A DNA stretch of 64,000 nt from Anthoceros angustus (taxonomy: Eukaryota; Plantae; Anthocerotophyta): assembly GCA_010909165.1 (NCBI GenBank), contig MU008177.1, positions 744,001-808,000 on the forward strand, written 5' to 3'. This document shows positions 1-9,728 of this stretch, one piece after another. The notes below the pieces were generated by a model, which ran no database searches, was not told where the DNA came from, and saw only the letters and a program-made list of their open reading frames with translations. How positions within the stretch are numbered: the first letter of the stretch is position 1; each line of letters begins with the position of its first letter. Position numbers and translations under genes: made by a program.

Positions 1-96
1 GGAATCGAATCGGTTTGTGCTAGCTCGGACTAAGCCTTTCTTTACTCAGGCATGATCGATTCACGCCTTTCCTGATTTCTGAATCTGCTGCTCCAG

Positions 97-494
97 AGAA
101 GGCGAAGAAGGAAGCGTTGGCAGGCGCATCTGTGGTAGCGGACTTGTTGTAGACAGCGTGAATGGAGGCGTGCAAGAAGTTTTCATCAATGAAAACGCAT
201 TGAGCTAGAAGCCCGAACTCTGAAGGAGACAGTACAGCGGTTCTCCCAGCAGTCTAATCAGTGGCTGACTCTCTTCAGACATTCGATTCGGCGCTCAAGG
301 TGCAGAGCAGAGCACTTCTCCTTGTTGATGCTGTATGGCTTGTTCCTCGTCTTCCTCGAGTGATGTTCCAGTTCTATGGCGTGGTTCAGGAGATAGGGGA
401 CTTCGAGAATTGGATCAAGGTGATGGAGTATGACTGTCAGAGCATTGGGGGTGCCCTGGCTCATGTTGCTTCAAGAGGAGGCACCTCAAGATGA
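97..494 (+). CDS. BLOS1: BLOC-1 subunit 1 (BLOS1/GCN5L1), 3' exons; 5' exon probably upstream of the window
   Basis: Reads EKAKKEALAGASVVADLL(V)DSVNGGVQEVFINEK RIELEARTL...QWLTL(F)QTFDSALK / intron / EIGDFENWIKVMEYDCQSI, matching the plant BLOS1 signature EIGDFENW. The first exon needs three single-base insertions at short homopolymers to stay in frame. Confidence 0.85.
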
Positions 495-652
495 CCATGC
501 TTCTGCTGATCTCAAAATCCGGAGTTGCACCAATTGTGAGCAGCTGTCAGGCCCATGAAGGTTCACTGTGTCGAGCATGATTGCGCTGTTGTTGATTGAG
601 GAACATCTTCAAGGGAAAGGGACTCTTGTTGTAGAGAACTGTTTTGTGCTAT

Positions 653-1546
653 TCAGTCTATTCGTTCAACAGGAAGGTTCATCAATTCTCTAATCCCCTC
701 CAAGACCTGTAAGAAAGGAACATGTCAGCTTCGCAACTGCTGAAGTATATCACCCGGAAGTAACAAAGTCAGGCTAACCGTGGGAAGAGCATACCAGCTT
801 AATTTGGCCCTTTATGTTCCCTATCTGCTCCGTGCGTGCTTCAATCTGACTGGGCACAAAAAAATTGCAGCTGTAACCAAGCTGGAGTACAACTCAATGG
901 CGTTTGACATCGTACCTTGGAAATGAATTAGAAGATGGAAACCTCCTCACCTAGCAAGGACCTTTTGCGTGACAGCTATGAACTGCAAGGCCTCTCTCCG
1001 GGTGAATTCCACATGAAAGCCGAGGCCAACGTCTACGAAAATACGTGATGTATCTGGCCTGCACATGGTGAGCAGTCTTTCACTCACACAAACCATTTCA
1101 AGTAGGCTGCTATCTACAGCAAGGAGAAGCAGAGTCCTTCGTATGCCTGCTTCCTTACACATCAGCTTGGACATAAACCTCAGAGCCAAGATTAATCATA
1201 GTCCTGATGTTCTGTGTCTTGTTTTGTTCCAGCACTTGGATGTTGTTTGCAAGGTCAGAGCTGCAAGGCCCTGTCAAGGAGCATGCTAAAGTGATGCCCG
1301 GTGCAGTTAAAATTAGCAATCTGCTAAAAAGGATACAAGACCCGCTGCTTCTCCAGCAATTTGTCCCTGGATGCATATCCTGGGTTGTGAGAATTGTGCC
1401 ACCCCTCCTCAAAGCAGCTAGACACACGACTCTAAAGTTTTTATAGCTCACCTCTGGGCCACAGCGCGGACAAGATCAGGCTTCAGCCGCTTGTCCACAA
1501 ACTGCTCATACTGCTGAACCTTGGCGGCCTTCTTCACACTCTCCAT
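653..1546 (-). CDS. UXT: Prefoldin alpha-like protein UXT, spliced
   Basis: Exons read MESVKKAAKVQQYEQFVDKRLKPDLVRAVAQR, DLANNIQVLEQNKTQNIRTMINLGSEVYVQADV, PDTSRIFVDVGLGFHVEFT, QIEARTEQIGNIKGQIKL and VLEGIRELMNLPVERID*, with GT-AG introns. Confidence 0.92.
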
Positions 1547-1604
1547 CGCAGCTCAAGGTAAGCTAACGATTTAACCCTGAGACTGAACCCGAGTTTGAGA
1601 AGAC

Positions 1605-1635
1605 TAGGGTTTTGTGGACTGCCTCCTTAGGGTTT
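1605..1635. promoter_or_regulatory. Two telo-boxes (TAGGGTTT) in the UXT/RPL29 divergent promoter
   Basis: TAGGGTTT at 1605-1612 and 1628-1635. Telo-boxes are typical of plant ribosomal-protein promoters. Confidence 0.7.
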
Positions 1636-1719
1636 TTCGAGGTTATCAATATTCGACCCTCTCCTTCCCTCTCTCCAGTCCCAGCTTACACCCACGTTGC
1701 GCAGGGAGGTTTTAGCGCC

Positions 1720-1911
1720 ATGGCCAAGTCGAAGAATCACACGGCGCACAATCAGTCTTACAAGGCGCACAGGAACGGGATCAAGAAGCCTAAGAAGAAC
1801 AAGTATATTTCGCGCAAGGGCATGGATCCCAAGTTCCTGCGCAACCAAAGATACGCGAAGAAGCACAATCGGATTCCTGGTGCTGATGCTGGGGACAATG
1901 TTGAAGAGTAG
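1720..1911 (+). CDS. RPL29: 60S ribosomal protein L29 (eL29)
   Basis: [50 protein letters not shown], the canonical eL29 N-terminus. Confidence 0.98.
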   Translation: MAKSKNHTAHNQSYKAHRNGIKKPKKNKYISRKGMDPKFLRNQRYAKKHNRIPGADAGDNVEE

Positions 1912-2167
1912 TTTCTGCAGTCGAATCTGGTAAGCAGCCGTGTTCCTTTCCACTGAGGCCTCCCGCCGGTGGCGTTGACTGTTGTACACGTTAAGGTGGG
2001 GTGGAGTGCTTGTCACAATTCCCGTTGGAAGTGTGGTGCCTTGTTCCATAGTTTGGCAACTTTGCCGAGGCCTCTGTCCTGGTTCTTCCAGGTTATGGGT
2101 GATGTCTCTTTTTCCCTGTTGCCAAGATGAGTAGGTCTCTGTCTCCGTCGTCTGTCCTGTGTGTGCA

Positions 2168-2284
2168 GACGGTCGGAAGACATCCGGATTCGACCCCTGA
2201 TGTCTGGGACCAAGAATATTGACTTCCTGCTGTGTTCCGTTGTGGTTTGCGGTTTGCATTTATGCTGGTTAGGATTCTATAGAC
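2168..2284 (+). ncRNA. Candidate H/ACA snoRNA
   Basis: Hairpin GGTC..AGACATC/GATGTCT..GACC, then AGAATA (ANANNA H box, 2213-2218), a weaker second hairpin and an ATA triplet. No target identified. Confidence 0.3.
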
Positions 2285-2421
2285 GGGTGCATGATGACGT
2301 AACTTCAAGTCTATGGATGAAGGTGAAGCCCTTCGATTACCATTCTTTTCTCTACCTCCAAGTGCTGCGGTCTGTCATGCTTTGCTTGTGCGTGTCTGCC
2401 TCTTAGTATGCTGCCTGTGGA

Positions 2422-2500
2422 GCACGATGAGGAAATCTGAACTTAATGGTTGAGAGTTAAGCTCGTTGATGCAACCATACCTCCTACTCATCCTGAGTGC
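2422..2500 (+). ncRNA. Box C/D snoRNA guiding 2'-O-methylation of LSU rRNA
   Basis: Terminal stem GCAC/GTGC, C-like box ACGATGA and D box CTGA (2493-2496). The 13-nt guide CCTCCTACTCATC just before the D box is complementary to the plant 25S rRNA segment GAUGAGUAGGAGG. Confidence 0.8.
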
Positions 2501-2914
2501 ATGTTGTTCATGGTAAGATTAGGTCAAAACGTATGTGTCGTACTGTCCAGGAATTTCTCGTGTTGTCTGCTTATTCCGGTGATGGTGCTCGCAGGACCTC
2601 GGCTGGCGAAAGGTTTTGCTGGTGTTAGGGCCACTGGGAGTGTAGTTTAATTCAGAGGCGACCTCGCAATTGGCGAGCTGTAGACGCCCTTCTGGCGGTT
2701 GTTTCGGTGAGTCGATAGTGTGCAGTTAGCATTAGCTATTTTGCCTGAGGTGGGTTTTCCTCGTTACTTTAAAGCATACTTCTGAATTGAATGGGATAAC
2801 CCGCCCGCCGTGGCAAAGTTTTGCATTCGTGGAACATTTTCACTCTAAATCACGGTACAAGAAAGTGCTACTCTGGTTAGGCGGTGAGCCTGTACATATG
2901 TAAAGATTTGGAGA

Positions 2915-5008
2915 CTAAGGGGAAGTGGCAGTAACTGTCCGATGCCTTGGATCTGTCAACCGGGATTGGACGTTCGTGAATCCAAGCTCTCGCATTGCGC
3001 TTGCCAGATCCAACTTGTAGTACTCATCTGTCCACGGCTCGGTCGATTTCATGAGCGTAAAGAGAACGGGTGGCAAATTCTGCGCAATAATCATCAAGTT
3101 AGGTACTGCACGCTGCATGGTGCTCTTTGTGATCAGATAGCCTACTTCTACTGCAGCATATATGCAAAAGGCACGAAACAGAAGCAGATGAAATCTCAAA
3201 CTACCTGTATTATCTTGGATTTGGGCTGGTGAACAAGACACAGAAATTTTGCCGTTAGTGACGTAGATCCAAGAGGTTTAGCGAAGGTGCAGAAGAGGTT
3301 GAACAGCTCTAGGGGTTTGAGACTACTATGGTCATTGAGATGAACGTACATCAACCTCCGTTATTGCAACGGTGCCACCAGGTTTCAAAAGCCTTCGAGC
3401 TTCTGCAAGCAAATCTCGAGTTGCCGCAACAGGGCACTCATGGATCTTCCGCACATACAAAACAAGAGCCCATTATTAGGAAACCACGGTCTTTACTGCA
3501 CTTATAAGATGCAGACTCTGTCGGGACCTTTGCAGTTGTCACATACCACATAGGCAAAGGACACAATGTCGAAGCTGGCTGATGGAAGGCCTGTGCTTTC
3601 CCCTCTTGCATGTATCCAACGGATGGGCTGTTTTCTCGGCCCCTCCTTTGCAGCCTCTTGCTTGTCCAGGTACTGTGCAACAGCAACGAAGTATGGGGAC
3701 AGATCCAGCCCCTGCCAAAACAAGTCTTGGTGTCAACTAGCACTCCTGTTTTGTTGTAGTGTGGTCAAAACTCGTTCAGCTACAATGCAGAGCAGCATCA
3801 GCAACCCCACTGAGCTTACTGTAACATGAGCAGTGGGGAACTTGTCAGCCAGGTATCTTGTCGAGCTGCCTGTGCCGCAACCGATGTCAAGGATTGAGGA
3901 AACTGCCTCTCCGGAGTGCTGCACATGGTGATTATATATGGTCTTGTACCAGCCTCCCCTGAGGACGTCAATGGCCTCCTCCACCGTCTTGGCTGTCTTA
4001 ATTGCCCGAACCATCATGCACAGGGTTGCTGGTTCCACCTCAGAGGCTGCCTGCAACCACAACCATCCAGTGTCTGCCCCGTCATCGATCAGAGAAGCAT
4101 TGCTGAATTTCATGGGCTCATGCCACTCCTATGCATCGGTTGGCGACCCCTCTCTGGAAAGCACATGAAGCAACTGCCGCACAGAAGTATAATATTGCCT
4201 GCTGAGTGTACCAGCCAGGAGAGATTGCCATCGCCGTATGCATGAAACTCCTTCAAGTAGTCTGAAGAAACCACGCACGCAAAGGGCATCAAAACCTGTC
4301 TCAACACATGCAACTCAAGCAACGGACTTGATGAAAATAGGGGGTGGGAAACAGAAGAGAAGATGAGCTTACAGTCAGGATACACGAGGTTCTTGTTCTC
4401 AAGGCGTTCCTTCTCTTCGTGAACCTCCTTGGCCGACAATATGTCGGCAGACATTTTCTGCCAGGGAATGCCACGCTGCTCCGCGGTGCTGAACCCATGC
4501 ACAACAATGGAGCAGCCATTCAGCAAACTGCATTAGGGAAAACAAAAGCACGCAGCCATCGCCCTCTAGTGCACAGTGCACACTTCCAGGGCAGGCAAAG
4601 GATACAACCGTCGTTGAGAATGAGCCTGAACCTGATGAGCACAAGTCGAGCCATGGGCTTCAGGAGGCTGTAGAGAGGCTTGAAGGAGATGAGGCCACTG
4701 ACGATCTTCGAAAGAGGATCATCCCCAGCCCACCTAGGATGATCCAGCTCCCCATATGCGTACTCCGGAAGCTCGTAGAGCTGCTCTCCTGAGGCTGTGC
4801 TAGCGCTGGCACTGACACTGGATGCCACGCTGCTGGAAACTTGCATTCGCACAGCCACCGCATTTTCTCCATGCTTGTTTCCCACGGTTCTGGGTGCAAC
4901 CAGTCTCCTTCCCTGCACTGCGGAGGAGGGAGAACCGTGGATGCTGGAAGATCTAGGGGATGGAACGCAGGCCCAGATGATGGGGCAGTTCCCCACGGCT
5001 GCTGCCAT
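2915..5008 (-). CDS. Class I SAM-dependent methyltransferase with plastid-like transit peptide, multi-exon
   Basis: Motif I ILDIGCGTGSSTRYLA, then GLDLSPYFVAVA and GESTGLPSASFDIV. Also YLKEFHAYGDGNLSW and C-terminal STEPWTDEYY...TDPRHRTVTA, as in plant/cyanobacterial UbiE-like methyltransferases. Confidence 0.85.
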
Positions 5009-5116
5009 GGCAGCGGAGTTTGAATGACCGTACCAGCAGACCGTGAACTGGAGTTCAGCGAACAGGTATAACGACCATGGCGTGGTTAAGATCGGTCACT
5101 ACATCTCCATTCTTAG

Positions 5117-6890
5117 ATGGCATGCAATCTCCTGCCCAGAAGCTTGTTTCTGGCGCAGCCGGCTTGGAGGCTCTGGAGGTGGTCTGTTGTTCGTCCGAGC
5201 AGGGCGGTGAGCAGTCAGTCCATGGCAAGCCTAGCGACTCTGGACGTGGCTCCGCAGAGGAGTGCACGGGCAGCAGCAGTGAAGGTGGCAGTAGGCCAGA
5301 TGACTGCTTGCTCTGACACGGACACCAATTTCCAAACTTGTGCCCGCCTCGTTCATGTGAGTGTGTGTCCGAGCGTTGGTATGTCATGCTGCTGAGAGGG
5401 TTGTGGTAACTGGGCAGAGCTGATGGGTGGCAGGGCAGGACGCCGTAGCACAAGGAGTGAAGCTGCTGAGTCTTCCGGAATGCTTCTCCTTCATCGGATC
5501 TAGAGAAGGGGAATCCCTCACTGTTGCTGAGCCTTTGGATGGACCGATCATGCAACGGTACCGAGCTCTTGCCAGGTAAGCCCAAGCTGTCCAAAATTCA
5601 GCCACCCCACGTTCTGGGGGCAGATCTGCTGTTGAGCTCAAGCACGTGGTTTTGTAAACTGCTGGGCAGAGATGCTGGAATCTGGCTAGCACTGGGTGGC
5701 TTTCAGGAGAAGGGTCCGGATAGCTGTCATCTTTTCAACACCCATGTTTTATTGGACGATGTTGGCCAGATCCAATCGTGTTATCGCAAAATTCATCTGT
5801 AAGTCCAGCTGAGCTGTTTCTACTTGTCCTCGCTACTGTCGGAACCTTTTCTCTTCACTGTCATACTTACGTCGTCTGAGGGAACTGTGGTATAGGTTTG
5901 ATGTGGATGTTCCAGGAGGTCCAGTGCTGAAGGAAAGCAACTCAACTGCACCAGGTACAGGAGCAACCAATGCTGTGCAGTCCAGTCTTAGAAGGAGCTG
6001 ATGGTTTCTAGTCTACGATTCCTACCGTACTGAGTGGCTGCTGTCATGTCCAGGGTCGGAGGTGGTCGCAGTCGATAGCCCAGCAGGACGTCTGGGCCTC
6101 ACCGTTTGCTACGATTTGAGATTTCCAGAACTGTACCAAAGACTGAGATTTGTAGAGCAGGCTCAGGTGATCGATTTATGGCCATCTATTCTCTGGTTCC
6201 GTTCCCCCAAGACGTTCACGTTTCCTAACGCATGACTGCTAGCCTACACGTGGATGTGTGTACAGCTGTTGTTGGTGCCATCTGCCTTCACGAAGAAAAC
6301 TGGGGAAGCTCACTGGGAGATCCTGCTTCGTGCTCGTGCAATCGAGACTCAGTGCTATGTAAGTGGGTTGGTTTGAGCCGTGCCATTCCATGCCTTTCAT
6401 GGGGTTTGAGGCTGAGGGGGGGTAATGCAGGTGCTGGCTGCCGCTCAAGCTGGGAAACACAACGACAAAAGAGAGAGCTTCGGCGATGCCATCATCATCG
6501 ACCCATGGGGCACAGTGGTGGCCCGACTCCCAGGTCCGGGTCATGCCGTTCTCGTACTTCCTCCCCAAACACCTCATCCACTCACCTCAATGTGGGTTCG
6601 CAGACAGAGTAGCCACCGGCATTGCTGTAGCCGATATCGATCAAGAGCTCCTGGAATCCGTGAGGGTGCGAATGCCAATCCAGCAGGTATGCTTTAGTCC
6701 CATGCTCCTGCTGCTACTGCCTGCCTTACAACTTCGTAAGTTATGCAACAGTCACAAAAGCTGCTGCTCTCTGCTCTGCTGACTGCTGACTTGCCTTGGG
6801 CGTCCATCCGCACAGCACCGCAGGTACGACGTGTACTCCACTGCCGTGGCAGGCCTGGAAGGCAGCAGCAGCAAACTGTCCTCCCTGTGA
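5117..6890 (+). CDS. NLP2: Nitrilase-like protein 2 / deaminated glutathione amidase (Nit1 family), multi-exon
   Basis: Exons read [77 protein letters not shown] and [13 protein letters not shown]. The C-N hydrolase catalytic Lys and Cys motifs are present; stop at 6888-6890. Confidence 0.93.
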
Positions 6891-6973
6891 GTGCCCATTT
6901 CGAAAGTCTCATCCAGGAAAGCATTTCCAAGACTCCTGAGAAGAAGAAGCCAGGCCCACTTTACAGATATACA

Positions 6974-8240
6974 CTAGTATACTTTCCAGCGGACAGGAGT
7001 CATGACATGCAGCATTGCATCGGGAGCTGCACTTTTTCCCCTTCTCCTCACCTTTGCCCTGGGAGGAAATGGATTCGAGAGGTGGGCCACGTATCCCCAA
7101 CCCACAGAAGAAAACAAGCATTTACCGCTGCCCGAGTATATAAAACTGATATCCCAATCTTTGAATCTTCCTTTCACAACTCTGTCTGCATATTCTGTAG
7201 GGATGGATAGCAAGACCTCGTCATGCACACACCCCCATGGTTCACCCTTCCCTCTTCCCTTCGGGATACCAAGTATGTGAAAAGTGACGGAAGAAGGGCG
7301 TAGGTAAAGGGCATGCAGTATGCGAGGGCGGGGGCTTGGGGATTAGGCGAGCCAATGAGGCACGGCTGTCGGCCCCTAGCAGGCTCCGCCTCCCCGGTAA
7401 CAATCCAATCCGGCAGAAAGGGCAGCGGGCGGTGGTGGCAAGAGCTTGACCGCACCAGGTTGACCGGGCAGGGGCAGGGGCAGGCACCAGGGCGTGCGTG
7501 CGATGAGTGATGAAGCAGGTTGCGATGCGGAAAAGGTGGAGCTGGCCTGCCAAGTGTCCTGTTGGTTATCATCCCCGCACAGCCTGCATAGTGCATAGCC
7601 ACTAATCGGATGGATGTCATGCGTCTATATGGACTAGCCAGTCACCCAGCCCAGCCCCGGCTCATGAAGCCTCGGCAAGCTCTGCTTCCGGGAAAGAAGC
7701 GATCGGTTGAACAAGGATGAGAGCTGTGTTGGGCTGTGTCCTTTCCCCTGTCCCGTGCCCCGCACAGAAATTGAATGGAGCTCACCAGAATCTCTGCTTT
7801 TGTCGCCCGCCCTGCCAGGCCTCCTTTTTGACTCAATCTTCTCTCTCTGTCGTTGTTTTTTCTTCTCTTTCCTTCGCTTGTGGCTTCTCTTGCCCTCTCA
7901 TCAGCACTGCAGTGCACTGCACTGGTCATGGATCTGGATCTGGGACGGAGCATAGGAGTAGGAGGCGTGACGCTTCCGCTCAAGTCCACTCAGCATCGAG
8001 CTGGTTCGCTGTAGCCTCCGCGTATAGAATAGTAGGAGCCTCGAATAACAGCGGAGAAAACGCCTTCGGATGCCAAAATAAAAAACCAACCGGGGTGTCT
8101 TGCCGCGATTTAGGCGCGGCAGCGGTGCCACCTTCAGCGCCGCGACACATGCCAGCGCGGGGAACGCGGCTCCAAGCATCTGGGAGCGCGCTATGCACTG
8201 CACCCGCACTGCGCTTCACTGGAGTGGCGGAGCTGCTCAT
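6974..8240 (-). CDS. Putative spliced gene, product unidentified
   Basis: Several minus-strand GT/AG-bounded segments, including a basic charged stretch at 7760-7900. No family motif recognised, and exon phases are unresolved. Confidence 0.3.
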
Positions 8241-9567
8241 GCTCGGTGCGGAGGAGGCGAGATTGGAGAAGATGGGTGAAGATGGAGGAAAGGTTCGAAC
8301 CCATATGATTTATCTTGGGTCCCTTTTTTTTTTTTCCCGTGGAGAAGGAAGGTGTCAGAACGTGGAGGGAGGGAAGTTGAACCCCATCAATCCCAACGGC
8401 TGAAAGCCTGCCACGGACGACCGGCGACGGGTGACCGGACGAGGAGGTTCCGTTGACCCTGACCCCGTGGGCCGACCCGGGCCGGGACCCGGCCCGGCGG
8501 CCCGCCCGTCCCGTTCCTTGTAAAGTTGTACGGGGCCCGTTATGGAAAGGGTGGGGGCGGAAAAGCGGCAGCGTTTCACGATTTGCTTAACGGAGCCAAA
8601 TGGCAGCGGGGAGCCCGAGATTCCGACAATGCGCGGAGGTGGAAGCGTGTTATTGGAGCGCCGCGGCCCGAATAAGGCCGGCGGGCGATAGCATTGCGTG
8701 TGGCCGCTGGTACAGGATACTGGTACCCGTCACCGGAGTGGGGCCCGCGGGCAGAGAGGATTCTAATTTGCGAGCCGCCTAAGGGCCGTGTGGGGCCCGG
8801 GGGCCCGTTAAGTGACGGTGGTGTAGTGGCGTCCTTTTAGGGGCCGACGGGGACGGGAGACGGGACGGGGCGTGAAAATTTTGAACCTGCGATTCGGGGA
8901 GGGGCCAGGCTGCAAGCTCCAGGGGTGGCCCGTGGGTTTAATGCCATCATGATGGGGCGGGGTGGGTTATTATCCTTGACGCACTCATGTATTTCCGTTT
9001 GGGTAATCATGGCGGGGCGTGGGTAAGAAGCGGAGCGTGACCGTGGCTTGGCTGCGTGTGCGTGTGCGTCGGGCGTGAGATGCGGTAATAAGGTGTAAAT
9101 GCCAAGGCTTTGCCTTTGCGATTTGTGAGGATTCAGTGGCTGTGTATTGACGGTCAGGTCGGTCACAGGTGTGTGATCATCAAGGCTGCAGCCGGTCGTG
9201 CTGGTTGGTGCGACCTCTGGCCATGGGCCTGGCTGCCCTGCAACAGTGCAGTCCGCCACTTGCAGCCGCTGCTGCTGTGTGAGCGTGATGCCATGCGAGC
9301 TCGCCTGCCATGGCGCCCGGGGCTTAAAGCGTTCCGTCCCGCTGCCGCTCGGGACGGAGTCGGCTTCAGGCGTGGCGCGCCGCCCCGATCCCATCCGTAG
9401 AGGAGGGGAACTTGGACTCGAGGATAGCATGGCGGATGCGCGGGGATTGCTTGATTGCGCGTTCGAGCTTGGATTGCATTGCGGGCATGGCCAGAGAGAA
9501 GAGAGAGTGTGATGCTTGAGGGGGCGTGAAATCTGAGATAGCGGCAGACTGCAGTGCAGCGGCGAGG

Positions 9568-9700
9568 AGAGGAAGGGAAGGGAAGGGAGGAAGGAAGAGA
9601 GGAAGGAAGGAAGGAAGGAAGGAAGGAAGGGGAGGTAAGGGAAGGGAAGGGAGGAAGGAAGGAACGAAAGGAGGTAGGAAGCAAGGAAAGCAAAGGAAGG
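9568..9700 (+). repeat. (GGAA)n / purine-rich microsatellite in the 5' leader of the TMEM131-like gene
   Basis: Runs such as ggaaggaaggaaggaaggaaggaagg. Confidence 0.9.
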
Positions 9701-9728
9701 TAGGAGGATTGTGAAGAGGACGAGGAAG

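Noticed and set aside
2291-2390. Third snoRNA candidate starting ATGATGA
   Set aside because: No CTGA D box and no recognisable rRNA complementarity.
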